This document shows, in pieces, positions 40,660 through 49,801 of a stretch of DNA of 64,000 nucleotides. The stretch's first letter is position 1. Each line of letters begins with the position of its first letter. Under the pieces are notes generated by a model. That model saw nothing but the letters and a program-made list of their open reading frames with translations. It did not search any database and had not been told where the DNA came from. The stretch comes from Candidatus Eiseniibacteriota bacterium. GTDB lineage: Bacteria > Eisenbacteria > RBG-16-71-46. The translations under genes were made by a program, and so were the position numbers. Location of the stretch: assembly GCA_044223005.1 (NCBI GenBank), contig JBGAML010000010.1, forward strand, positions 1 to 64,000, in the 5' to 3' direction.

Positions 40660-43600
40660 TCCACCCGGCGCGGCGGGAGGGACGCTTCCTCCCGCCGCTC
40701 GCCGCGTTCGCGCTGGCGCTGGGGCTGATCGCCCCGGCGCCCGCGCACGCGGCTCCACCCGCGGGCAGCGCGGTGGACAACACCGCGTCCTGCAACGCCC
40801 GCGATTCACTCTCGGGACTGGCGGTCTCGGGGACGAGCAACACCGTCTCCGTCACCGTCCAGCCGCTGGAGGGCCTGTCCCTCGCCCCCGACCGGGGCGG
40901 TACGGGACTGCCCGGCGCGACGGTCCTGCTGCGCCACGAACTCGCCAACCGCGGCAACGTCGCGAGCGAGGTGCGGCTCGATCCGCTCCCCCTGCCCGGC
41001 GGCGACTTCGCCGTGGCGGCGATCGGCTTCGTGCGCGACCGCGATCGCGACGGCACCGTGAGCGCGGGCGACACGCCCGTGGCCTCCGGCGGCACCGTCA
41101 CGCTCGCCGCCGGCGATTCGGCGTCGCTGCTCGTGCTGGCCACGCTGCCCACGGGCGTTTCCGCGTACGCGCGCGCGCGTATCCAAGTCACGGCGACCAC
41201 GCTCGGCCAGGGCGCGACCGCCGCGGTGACCGACACGCTGGTCGCGCTGCCCGCGATCGCGCCGCCGGCGCTGGCGTTCTTCGACGGCCCGGGCTTCGCC
41301 CGCGTCGCGCACGCCACCGCCCTCGGCGCCCCGCTGTGGCTGCAGGCGACCGCGGTGCTCGGCGACCGCGACACGCTCGCCGCCGACACGCTGACCGTCA
41401 CGCTCGCCTCGCGCATCGCCGCCGACCAGTTCGTCGCGACGCTGGTCGAGACCGGCCCACACACCGGCGTCTTTCGCGCCGCCGGCGTGCCGGTCGCGCA
41501 GTGGTCGCCCGGCAACGGCGCGACGCAGCAGAACGCGCTGCTCCAGGCGCGCGGCGACCAGATCACCGCGGACCTCGCGGGCTTCGGCGCCACGAGCACC
41601 CGCGCGAGCGTGTGGGTCGAGCCGGGCGGCGTGGTGTTCGACGCACGCACCGGCGCCACCGTCGCCGGCGCCGGCGTGCGGCTCGTGGACGAGACCGGCG
41701 CCGGCAACGGCGGCGTGCCCGGTGGCGACGCGCGCGTCTGGCAGGACGACGGCACCACGCCGGCGGCGGCGCGCGTGCGCAGCGACGGCGAGGGTCGCTT
41801 CGCGTTCCCGCTCGTCGCCGCGAGCACCTACCGCGTCGAGGTCACGCCGCCCGCGCCGTACGCGTTCCCGTCGCAGGCGAGCGCGGCGTCGCTCGCGATC
41901 GGCCACGTGATCGACCCGGCCGGCTCGTGGGGCGGCAGCTTCACGATCGCCGAGCCGTTCGCGCCGGTCGTGCTCGACCTGCCCGTCGACGCGCACGTCC
42001 CGGTCGTGCTGTTCGCCGAGAAGACCGCGAGCCCGGCGGTCGCCGAATGGGGCGACGGGATCGAGTACCGGCTGCGCGTCGCGAACCGCTCCGACAGCAC
42101 GCTCGACTCGGTGCGCGTCGAGGACGCGCTGCCGGCGGGCTTCGCGTTCGTTCCCGGCAGCGCGCGGCTCGGCACCGCGGCGCTCGCGGTGGTCGCCGAC
42201 GGCCACGGCCACGTCGCGTTCGCGCCCGGCGCGATGGCGCCGCAGGCCGTGATCGAGATCCGCTACCGCGCCCGCATCGGCTCGGGTGCGCCGCGCGGCG
42301 AAGCCACCAGCGCGGCGCAGGCGCACGCCGGCGCGGTGCGCTCGAACCTCGCCGCCGCCACGGTGCGCGTGCTGCCCGACGCGTTCGCGGACGAGGGCAC
42401 GATCGCGGGATCGGTGTCCGCGGTCGACGCGCGCGGCGCCGTGCTCGCGGGCCTGGCCGGCGTGCGGCTCTGGCTCGACGACGGCACGTGGGCGGTGACC
42501 GACGAGCGCGGCCGCTTCAGCTTCACGAACGTCGCGCCGCGCACGCACGCCCTGAAGCTCGACCCGGTGACGCTGCCCGCGCACGCGCACCCGGTCGCGC
42601 TCGACCACCGCGACGCCGGCACGCCCGGGCTGCGGTTCGTGGACCTCGTGCGCGGCGAACTCGCGCACGCGGACTTCGCGGTCGCGGGCGACACCACGCT
42701 GCGCGAAGCCGCCGAGCAGCGCCGGCAGGTGATCGCCGCGCGCGCCGCCGACGAACGCACGCGCGCGCTGGCGCTGGGCTTCGAGCCCCGGCCCGCGGCG
42801 CTCCCGACCGGCGACGCCCGCGCGCTGCCCGCGGCGCGCATCGTGACCGGCGAGTCGAGCGCGCCGGCGCTGACCGCGGCGCTCGCCGTCGCCCGCACGC
42901 CCGCACCTGCGGCGGCGGCCGTGCCACCGCTCGAAGCGCGGCTCGCGTCGTTCACGCCCGAGCCGGGCTTCGTCGGGATCGCCGATCTCGACACCGTCAA
43001 CGCCTCGCAGGTGACCGTGACGGCCAAGGGCCGCGCGGGCGACGTGCTCACGCTGCGCGTCAACGGCGAGGACGTGCCGGCGTCGCGCATCGGCCGGCAG
43101 CTGACCGCGGCCGCCGCGGGCATCGAGGCACGCGAATGGATCGGCGTGCCGCTGCAGCCGGGCGTCAACGCGCTCGAGCTCGCGTCGTCGTGGACCTCGA
43201 CGCCGGTGCGCCTGCGCGTGGTCGCGCCGGGCGCGCTCGCGAAGCTGCTGCTCGTGCCGCCTCGCGGCCTGCCCGCCGACGGCCGCTCCGCCGGCACGCT
43301 GCGCCTGCGCGCGGTCGACGAGGCCGGCGTGCCCGTCGCGGGCCGCACGCTCGTCACGCTGGAGAGCGGGCTCGCGAAGATCGACGCGACCGACCTCGAC
43401 CCGGCCACGCCGGGCGTCCAGGTCGCGCTCGACGACGGCCGCGCCGACGTCGCGCTGGTCGCGCCGGCGACGCCGGGGCCGCAGCGGCTCGCCGCGAGCG
43501 CCGGCGAGGTGCGCGGCAGCGCGCTCGCCGACTTCCTGCCCGACCTGCGGCCGCTCATGCTCGTCGGCGCCGCCGAGGGCGTGATCTCGCTCACCGGGTT

Positions 43601-45989
43601 CCCGCGCCGCGGCCCGGCGGGCGCCGCCGACGGCGCGTCGTTCGAAGCGCCCATCACGCAGTTCGCCTCCACCAGCACCGACGGTGCGCTCGGCGCTGCG
43701 GCGCACGGTGCGCTGTTCGCGCGCGGGCGCGTGGGCGAGCGCACGCTCCTCACGATGGGCTGGAACTCCGACGTGGCGCCCGACCAGCGGCTCTTCCGCG
43801 ACCTGCAGCCGGGGCACGAGCCACCGGTCGTGGGCGACGCGTCGACGCGCGGCTACGAGGCGCAGACGACCGGCCAGCTGTACGCGAAGCTCGAGCAGCC
43901 CGGCGCGTCGGTGCTCTACGGCGACTTCACGAACACGGGCACCGGCACGCGCACGCTGGGCAACTACAGCCGCAGCCTGACCGGCGCGACCGCGGACTGG
44001 AACCGCGGACGGGCGCACGTGGTCGCGTTCACGAGCCGCACGCATTCGCACCGCGCGACCGTCGAGCTGCCGGGCAACGGCACCTCGGGCCCCTACGTGA
44101 TCCCGCACGCGCCGCTCGCGGAGAACTCGGAGCGGATCGAGATCGTGACGCGCGACCGCGCGCAGCCCGCGGTCGTGGTAACGAGCGAATCGCGCGAGCG
44201 GTTCATGGACTACGAGCTCGACCCGCTCACGGGCCGGCTGCTCTTCCGCACGCCCGTGCCCAGCGTCGACGCGGACCTGAACCCCGTGTCGGTGCGCGTC
44301 ACCTACGAGACGGAAGGCGACGGCGAGGCGAGCTGGGTCCACGGCGTCGACGCGCGCACGCGCGTGTCGCGCCACCTCGAGGTGGGCGCGCTGGTCGTGG
44401 ACGATCACGATCCGGCCGCGCCGTTCGAGCTGCGCTCGGCGTCCGCTTCGGCCGCGCTCGGCCCGCACACCGCGCTCGACGCGGAGTGGGCCGGCACGAT
44501 GCACCCCGGCACGAGCGCGCTCGCGAACGCGGGCCGGTTCGAGTTGCGGCACGACGCCGGCGGCACGCAGGCGCGGGTGTGGGGCGTGGCGACGGCGCGC
44601 GGATTCGACAACCCCGGCGCCGGCGTGGCGGGCGGCCGCAACGAATCCGGCGCGCGGCTCTCGCTGCGCCTGCCCTCGCGCGCGCACCTGGTCGCGGAAG
44701 CGCTGCGCAGCGCCGACGCCGCAGGGCGCGACGTCACCGAGGGCGCGCTCGTCGCCGTGGACCGCCCGATCGCCGAGGCGCTCCGCGGCGAGTTCGGCGT
44801 GCGCGTCGCGCAGTCGCGCCACGCCTCCGGCGTCGCCGACGAGCCCGCGAGCACCGCGCTGCGCGGCAAGCTCACGCTGCAGCTGCCGCGCCACCCGGCG
44901 TGGAGCGGCTACGGCGAGTTCGAGCAGGACACCCGCGAGGGCGAGCGCCGCATGGCCGCCCTGGGCGGCGAGTACCGCTTCGCGCGCCGCGGCCGGTTCT
45001 ACGCGCGGCACGAACTGTTGTCGGGCTTCGCGTCGCCGTGGGCGCTGACCGGCGCGCAGCAGCAGCTGTCGAGCATCGCGGGCGTCGACGCCGACCTCGC
45101 GGGCGACACGCACTTGTTCGGCGAGTACCGCCTGCCGCAGGCGATCGCTTCGCGCGACGCGCAGGCGGCGGTCGGCCTGCGCAACGGCTGGACGATCGCC
45201 GACGGCACGCGCCTCGGCGTCACGTTCGAGCGCGTGACGCCGCTCGCCGGCAACGCCGCCGGCCCGAGCACGGCGGCGAGCGCGAGCGTGGACTTCACCG
45301 GCAACCCGCAGTGGCGGGGATCGTCGCGGCTCGAGATGCGCACGAGCCGCCCGAGCGACCAGTACGTGCAGAGCATGGCGGCCGCGATCAAGGTGGACAG
45401 CCTGTGGACCGCGCTCGGCCGCTGGCTCGTGACGCTCACCGACGGCCGTGACGGCCGCGGCGAGGCGCAGGCGCGGCTGCAGGTCGCGCTGGCGCGGCGC
45501 GGCCCGCACGCCGACGCGCTCGGCCGCTGGGAGCTGCGCTACGACGGCGCGACCGCCGTGGGCGAGACGCGTCACGTGCGCGTCGCCAACATCGCCACGC
45601 TCGCGGGCGGTGCGCGCTGGCGCACGTGGGCGGGCTCGCTCGGCTGGGCGGGCAAGCGCACGATGGATCGCGCCGACGGCTTCGCCGCGCCCGGCGGCGC
45701 GCAGTGGCTGCACGGCCGCGTGACGCGCGACCTCGGCCGCGACTGGGACGCGGGCGTGAACGCCGGCGTTCTCACGGGCGCGCGGCTGTCGGACCGCCAG
45801 CTCGGGCTCGGGATCGAAGTAGGCCGCGTACTGCCCGGCGGCACGTGGCTGTCGGTGGGTGCGAACCGGTTCGGGTTCGAGGACCGCGAGCTGGCCGGCG
45901 AATCGTGGACGAAGCAGGGTGCGTACGTGCGCCTCCGCGTCAAGTTCGACGAGTCGCTGCTGCGCCGCGACGCGGGGGTGGTGCCGTGA
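40656..45989 (+). CDS. Large outer-membrane protein: DUF11/SdrD-B-like N-terminal domains plus C-terminal beta-barrel (putative fibre anchor)
   Basis: GTG overlaps upstream stop; signal peptide; DUF11 EKTAS...GDGIEY...EDALP; amphipathic beta strands ending YVRLRVKFDE. Confidence 0.8.
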   Translation: MIHPARREGRFLPPLAAFALALGLIAPAPAHAAPPAGSAVDNTASCNARDSLSGLAVSGTSNTVSVTVQPLEGLSLAPDRGGTGLPGATVLLRHELANRGNVASEVRLDPLPLPGGDFAVAAIGFVRDRDRDGTVSAGDTPVASGGTVTLAAGDSASLLVLATLPTGVSAYARARIQVTATTLGQGATAAVTDTLVALPAIAPPALAFFDGPGFARVAHATALGAPLWLQATAVLGDRDTLAADTLTVTLASRIAADQFVATLVETGPHTGVFRAAGVPVAQWSPGNGATQQNALLQARGDQITADLAGFGATSTRASVWVEPGGVVFDARTGATVAGAGVRLVDETGAGNGGVPGGDARVWQDDGTTPAAARVRSDGEGRFAFPLVAASTYRVEVTPPAPYAFPSQASAASLAIGHVIDPAGSWGGSFTIAEPFAPVVLDLPVDAHVPVVLFAEKTASPAVAEWGDGIEYRLRVANRSDSTLDSVRVEDALPAGFAFVPGSARLGTAALAVVADGHGHVAFAPGAMAPQAVIEIRYRARIGSGAPRGEATSAAQAHAGAVRSNLAAATVRVLPDAFADEGTIAGSVSAVDARGAVLAGLAGVRLWLDDGTWAVTDERGRFSFTNVAPRTHALKLDPVTLPAHAHPVALDHRDAGTPGLRFVDLVRGELAHADFAVAGDTTLREAAEQRRQVIAARAADERTRALALGFEPRPAALPTGDARALPAARIVTGESSAPALTAALAVARTPAPAAAAVPPLEARLASFTPEPGFVGIADLDTVNASQVTVTAKGRAGDVLTLRVNGEDVPASRIGRQLTAAAAGIEAREWIGVPLQPGVNALELASSWTSTPVRLRVVAPGALAKLLLVPPRGLPADGRSAGTLRLRAVDEAGVPVAGRTLVTLESGLAKIDATDLDPATPGVQVALDDGRADVALVAPATPGPQRLAASAGEVRGSALADFLPDLRPLMLVGAAEGVISLTGFPRRGPAGAADGASFEAPITQFASTSTDGALGAAAHGALFARGRVGERTLLTMGWNSDVAPDQRLFRDLQPGHEPPVVGDASTRGYEAQTTGQLYAKLEQPGASVLYGDFTNTGTGTRTLGNYSRSLTGATADWNRGRAHVVAFTSRTHSHRATVELPGNGTSGPYVIPHAPLAENSERIEIVTRDRAQPAVVVTSESRERFMDYELDPLTGRLLFRTPVPSVDADLNPVSVRVTYETEGDGEASWVHGVDARTRVSRHLEVGALVVDDHDPAAPFELRSASASAALGPHTALDAEWAGTMHPGTSALANAGRFELRHDAGGTQARVWGVATARGFDNPGAGVAGGRNESGARLSLRLPSRAHLVAEALRSADAAGRDVTEGALVAVDRPIAEALRGEFGVRVAQSRHASGVADEPASTALRGKLTLQLPRHPAWSGYGEFEQDTREGERRMAALGGEYRFARRGRFYARHELLSGFASPWALTGAQQQLSSIAGVDADLAGDTHLFGEYRLPQAIASRDAQAAVGLRNGWTIADGTRLGVTFERVTPLAGNAAGPSTAASASVDFTGNPQWRGSSRLEMRTSRPSDQYVQSMAAAIKVDSLWTALGRWLVTLTDGRDGRGEAQARLQVALARRGPHADALGRWELRYDGATAVGETRHVRVANIATLAGGARWRTWAGSLGWAGKRTMDRADGFAAPGGAQWLHGRVTRDLGRDWDAGVNAGVLTGARLSDRQLGLGIEVGRVLPGGTWLSVGANRFGFEDRELAGESWTKQGAYVRLRVKFDESLLRRDAGVVP

Positions 45990-48898
45990 GCGCGCGGTTC
46001 CGCCGGATCGCCCTTGCGCTGCTGCTCGCCGGCAGCGCACTCGCCGCACCGCACGCGGCGCGGGCGCAGATCGTGCGCGCCTTCACGCCGCGTTTCACCG
46101 CGAGCCAGCCGGGCGACATCACGATCGTCGGCAACACCGTGATGACGTGCAATGGCGGCGGCACGTGCGCGAACGGCCAGGCCGGCGCCGGCACGAACGT
46201 CAACGACAACGACTTCACCATGGTCTACGTCGACGTGGACGGCGACGGCACCACGGTCAGCTCGAGCAACGCCACGCTCACGCTCCCGACCGGCGCGGGC
46301 GTGCTGTGGGCGGGGCTCTACTGGGGCGGCTACACCGGCGGCGGCAACCGCACGACGGTCCGGCTGCGCACGCCGGTCGCGGGCTACGTCACCGTAAACG
46401 CGGCACGCACCGACGCGTCGGGCCAGGCGTACCAGTGCTTCGCCGACGTCACGGCGCAGGTGCAGGCGGGCGGCGCCGGCAGCTACATGGTCGGCAACGT
46501 GCGCTCGACGCCCAACAACTCCAACGTGCACGCCGGCTGGGCGCTGGTCGTCGTCTACTCCGACGTCGCGCAGCCCTCGCGCAACCTCGTCGTCTTCGAC
46601 GGCTACGGCATGGTCTCGGGCACGACCAGCATGGGCTTCACGGTGAGCGGCTTCGTGACGCCGCCCGCGGGCGTGGTCAACACGCGGCTCGGCGTCGTGG
46701 CGTACGAGGGCGATCTCGGATTCACCGGCGACGCGTTCCAGCTCAATGGCAGCCCGCTCTCCGACGCGGCGAATCCCGCGGACAACTTCTTCAACAGCAC
46801 GATCGCGCGCTTCGGCACCCGCGTCGTCGACCGCAATCCCGCCTACCAGAACCAGCTCGGCTTCGACATCGACATGATCAACGCGTCGGGCAAGCTCCCG
46901 AACGGCGCGACCAGCGCCAACGTGCTGCTCACGACGAACGGCGACACCTACTACCCCGGCGTCGTGAGCTTCGCGACCGACCTCTACTCACCGGTGTTCG
47001 ACGCCACGAGCTTCACCAAGACCGTGACCGACCTGAACGGCGGCACGGTGCGGCCCGGCGACGTGCTCGAGTACACGATGACGATGCGCAACACCGGCCA
47101 GGACAACGCGCTCGCCTGCGCGCTGCGCGACACGCTACCCGCCAACGTCACCTACGTTGCGGGCTCGCTGAGCGTGGCGAGCGGCCCCAACGCCGGCACC
47201 AAGACCGACGCGTCGGGCGACGACGTGATGGACTACCTCGCCGCCGCGCGGTGCGTGGTCGCGCGGCTCGGCACGGGCGCCACCGCCGCCGCGGGCGGGC
47301 GGCTCGACATCGGCGTCACGACGAGCGTGAAGTTCCGCGTCACGGTCAACGCCGGCACGGCTTCCGGCACCGCGATCTCGAACCAGGCCGTGCTCACCGT
47401 GACGGGTGCGCAGACCAACGCCACGTTCGTCTCGCGCAGCGACGGCGATGCGGTCACGCCGGGCGTGCAGCCGACCACCGTCACGGTGACGAGCGGCGTC
47501 TCCGTGAGCGGCACCGTCTACTCGGACGCGAACCACGACGGCGCGCGGCAGTCGGGCGAGCTCGGCACGGGCACGGCGCTCTACGTGAAGCTCTTCACGC
47601 CGTCGGGCACCACCGCCGTGCAGGTGGCCGCGGCCTCGCCCGCGAGCGGCGACTACGCGTTCGGCGCCGTGAGCCCCGGCACGTATCGCCTCGTGCTCGA
47701 CGGCTCGAGCGACCCCGCCGACGCGACGCCCACGATCCCGCCCGGCTGGCTCGGGCTGCAGAACGGCAGCGGCCTCGTCACCGGCGTCGTGGTCGGCAGC
47801 ACGTCGATCGCGGGCGGCGATTTCGGGCTCTGGCACGGCAGCCGGCTGGACGGCGTCGTGTTCCGCGACGACGCCGGCACGAGCGGCATCGCCAACAACG
47901 GCGTGAAGGACGCGACGGAGACCGGCGTCGCCAACGTGCGCGTGCGCCTCGGTGCCGCGTGTGCCGGCGGCGCGTGCGACAGCGCGCTCACCGACGCAGG
48001 TGGCGCGTTCTCGCTGTGGCTCCCGTTCGCGGGAGCGACCGGCACCGCGACGGTGACGCTCGTCGAGCCGCTCGGCTGGCTCGCGACCGGCGGCGGCGCC
48101 GGCACCACCGGTGGCGCGTACGCGCGCACGCCGCTCGCCGTCACGTTCCCCGCCGCGGCCGGCGTCACATGGAGCGGCGTCGCGTTCGGCGAGGTGCCGG
48201 GCAACCGCTGGCTCGCGCCCGGCGCGCGCACGGTGGCGCCCGGCGGGGTCGCGTTCTATTCGCACACGTTCACCGCGGGCTCGGCCGGCAGCGTGCGGCT
48301 CGCCGGCGGCGAAACGCCGGTGCCCGTGCTGCCGGGCTGGGACCTCGAGCTCTATCGCGACAGCAACTGCAACGGCGTCGTCGACCTGGGCGAGCCACGT
48401 CTCGCCGCGACCGACGCGATCGCGCTCGCCGCGGGCCAGCAGGTGTGCGTGATCGCGCGCCACGTCGCGCCGCCGGGCGCGCCACCGCTCGCACGCGAGA
48501 CCGCCACGCTGACCGCGAGCTTCACGTACGCCAACGCGAGTCCCGCGCTCGCATCGAGCCAGTCGCTCGACGACGTCACCACCGTGAGCGCCGCGGGCGG
48601 GCTCGTGATCACCAAGAGCGTCGACCGCGCCAACGCCGCGCCCGGCGACCTGCTCACGTACACGATCACCTACTCCAACCCGGGCAACGCGCCGCTCTCC
48701 AACATCGTGATCCGCGACGCGACGCCGACGTGGACCGTCTTCCAGTCCGCCGCCTGCGGCACCGCGGGCAGCGGCATCACGGGCTGCACGCCCGCGAGCC
48801 CCGCGGTGGGAGCGAGCGGCACGCTGTCCTGGACGCTGGCCGGCAGCCTCGCGCCGGGCGGCTCGGGCACGGTCACGTTCACGGTGCGGGTCCAGTAG
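45986..48898 (+). CDS. Secreted adhesin-like protein with DUF11 and SdrD-B-like domains (putative fibre tip)
   Basis: GTG overlaps upstream stop; signal peptide; N-terminal WAGLYWGG/AGWALVVVY domain, complete DUF11, SGTVYSDANHDG repeats, C-terminal truncated DUF11. Confidence 0.8.
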   Translation: MSARFRRIALALLLAGSALAAPHAARAQIVRAFTPRFTASQPGDITIVGNTVMTCNGGGTCANGQAGAGTNVNDNDFTMVYVDVDGDGTTVSSSNATLTLPTGAGVLWAGLYWGGYTGGGNRTTVRLRTPVAGYVTVNAARTDASGQAYQCFADVTAQVQAGGAGSYMVGNVRSTPNNSNVHAGWALVVVYSDVAQPSRNLVVFDGYGMVSGTTSMGFTVSGFVTPPAGVVNTRLGVVAYEGDLGFTGDAFQLNGSPLSDAANPADNFFNSTIARFGTRVVDRNPAYQNQLGFDIDMINASGKLPNGATSANVLLTTNGDTYYPGVVSFATDLYSPVFDATSFTKTVTDLNGGTVRPGDVLEYTMTMRNTGQDNALACALRDTLPANVTYVAGSLSVASGPNAGTKTDASGDDVMDYLAAARCVVARLGTGATAAAGGRLDIGVTTSVKFRVTVNAGTASGTAISNQAVLTVTGAQTNATFVSRSDGDAVTPGVQPTTVTVTSGVSVSGTVYSDANHDGARQSGELGTGTALYVKLFTPSGTTAVQVAAASPASGDYAFGAVSPGTYRLVLDGSSDPADATPTIPPGWLGLQNGSGLVTGVVVGSTSIAGGDFGLWHGSRLDGVVFRDDAGTSGIANNGVKDATETGVANVRVRLGAACAGGACDSALTDAGGAFSLWLPFAGATGTATVTLVEPLGWLATGGGAGTTGGAYARTPLAVTFPAAAGVTWSGVAFGEVPGNRWLAPGARTVAPGGVAFYSHTFTAGSAGSVRLAGGETPVPVLPGWDLELYRDSNCNGVVDLGEPRLAATDAIALAAGQQVCVIARHVAPPGAPPLARETATLTASFTYANASPALASSQSLDDVTTVSAAGGLVITKSVDRANAAPGDLLTYTITYSNPGNAPLSNIVIRDATPTWTVFQSAACGTAGSGITGCTPASPAVGASGTLSWTLAGSLAPGGSGTVTFTVRVQ

Positions 48899-48960
48899 CG
48901 CATTCGCAATCCACTGGGCGCCAACGCGTTTCGCGCGTGCGACGAGCGTGGAGCCGGGGC

Positions 48961-48988
48961 CTCAAGCCGGCGCCGAACCGACCGAGAC
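48961..48988 (+). promoter_or_regulatory. Weaker sigma28-like promoter
   Basis: CTCAA-N15-ACCGAGAC. Confidence 0.35.
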
Positions 48989-49077
48989 TCCGAGAGACCG
49001 GAGCAGTGCCTGGAAGGGGTTCGCGCTTCGGCACGCGATCCGGCGTCGCCCTCGGGGTGGTGTCCGGAGCGGTGGAA

Positions 49078-49126
49078 GAAAAGCGATCCAGCCCCGCGGT
49101 CCCGAGGCCGCGGGGCCTCGCTTTTC
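49078..49126 (+). terminator. Intrinsic terminator
   Basis: GAAAAGCGA..GCCCCGCGG-loop-CCGCGGGGC..TCGCTTTTC. Confidence 0.65.
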
Positions 49127-49276
49127 CGGCCGCCGGCGCACCCGACGCGCGGCGCGACCGCACCGGTCGGAAGCGCGGAACCAGATGCGGCATGCGGAGG
49201 TAGGAACGAGTGCGACCGGGCGAGATGTTATCCTCACGGCACTCCGTCTCCATCCCCTCCCCTCTCCGGAGAACGA

Positions 49277-49756
49277 ATGCCGTCGATTCCTCTCGTCGAG
49301 TATTTCCATGTCCTGCTCGGAATCGTCTTCACCGCCACGCTCTTCGCCTCGCAATGGAACATGGTCGCCGCACGCCGCACCGACAGCTGGCCGGAACGCG
49401 CCCGGCTCTTCGCGGCGAACCGCCGGCTCGCGCTGGTTTTCGCGCTGCCGTCGCTGCTCGCGGCCGGCGTTCTCGGGAACGTGCTCGCGGCACGCCTGGG
49501 CTTTCGCATGGCGGAGACTCGCTCGCTGCAACTCGTGACTGGATTGTGGATCGTGCTGCTGGTCATCCTGCTCGCGTTCGACCTGCCGCTCTCCTCGCAG
49601 CTCGCCGCCATGGCGAACACGGCGAGCAACGCCAGCAACGGCGGCCGGCCGGTCGGCTGGCAGGGTTCGATCACGCGCTGGCGAATGGCGAACGCAACGC
49701 AGATGATCGTGTTCCTGGTGCTGCTCTGGTTCATGGTCGCCGCGTGGCGGCAGTAG
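49277..49756 (+). CDS. Four-TM membrane protein (DUF2269-like)
   Basis: YFHVLLGIVF start, four hydrophobic helices; GGAG RBS. Confidence 0.6.
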   Translation: MPSIPLVEYFHVLLGIVFTATLFASQWNMVAARRTDSWPERARLFAANRRLALVFALPSLLAAGVLGNVLAARLGFRMAETRSLQLVTGLWIVLLVILLAFDLPLSSQLAAMANTASNASNGGRPVGWQGSITRWRMANATQMIVFLVLLWFMVAAWRQ

Positions 49757-49801
49757 CCGTTCGCGCGGGCGGCGCACGCTGACCCACGGAGAACGCTCCT
49801 C

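Noticed and set aside
40806..46049. Long antisense and alternate-frame ORFs here and throughout (e.g. 1747, 1371, 1114 aa)
   Set aside because: Arg/Ala/Gly-rich shadow ORFs expected from high GC3 codon bias, overlapping well-supported genes
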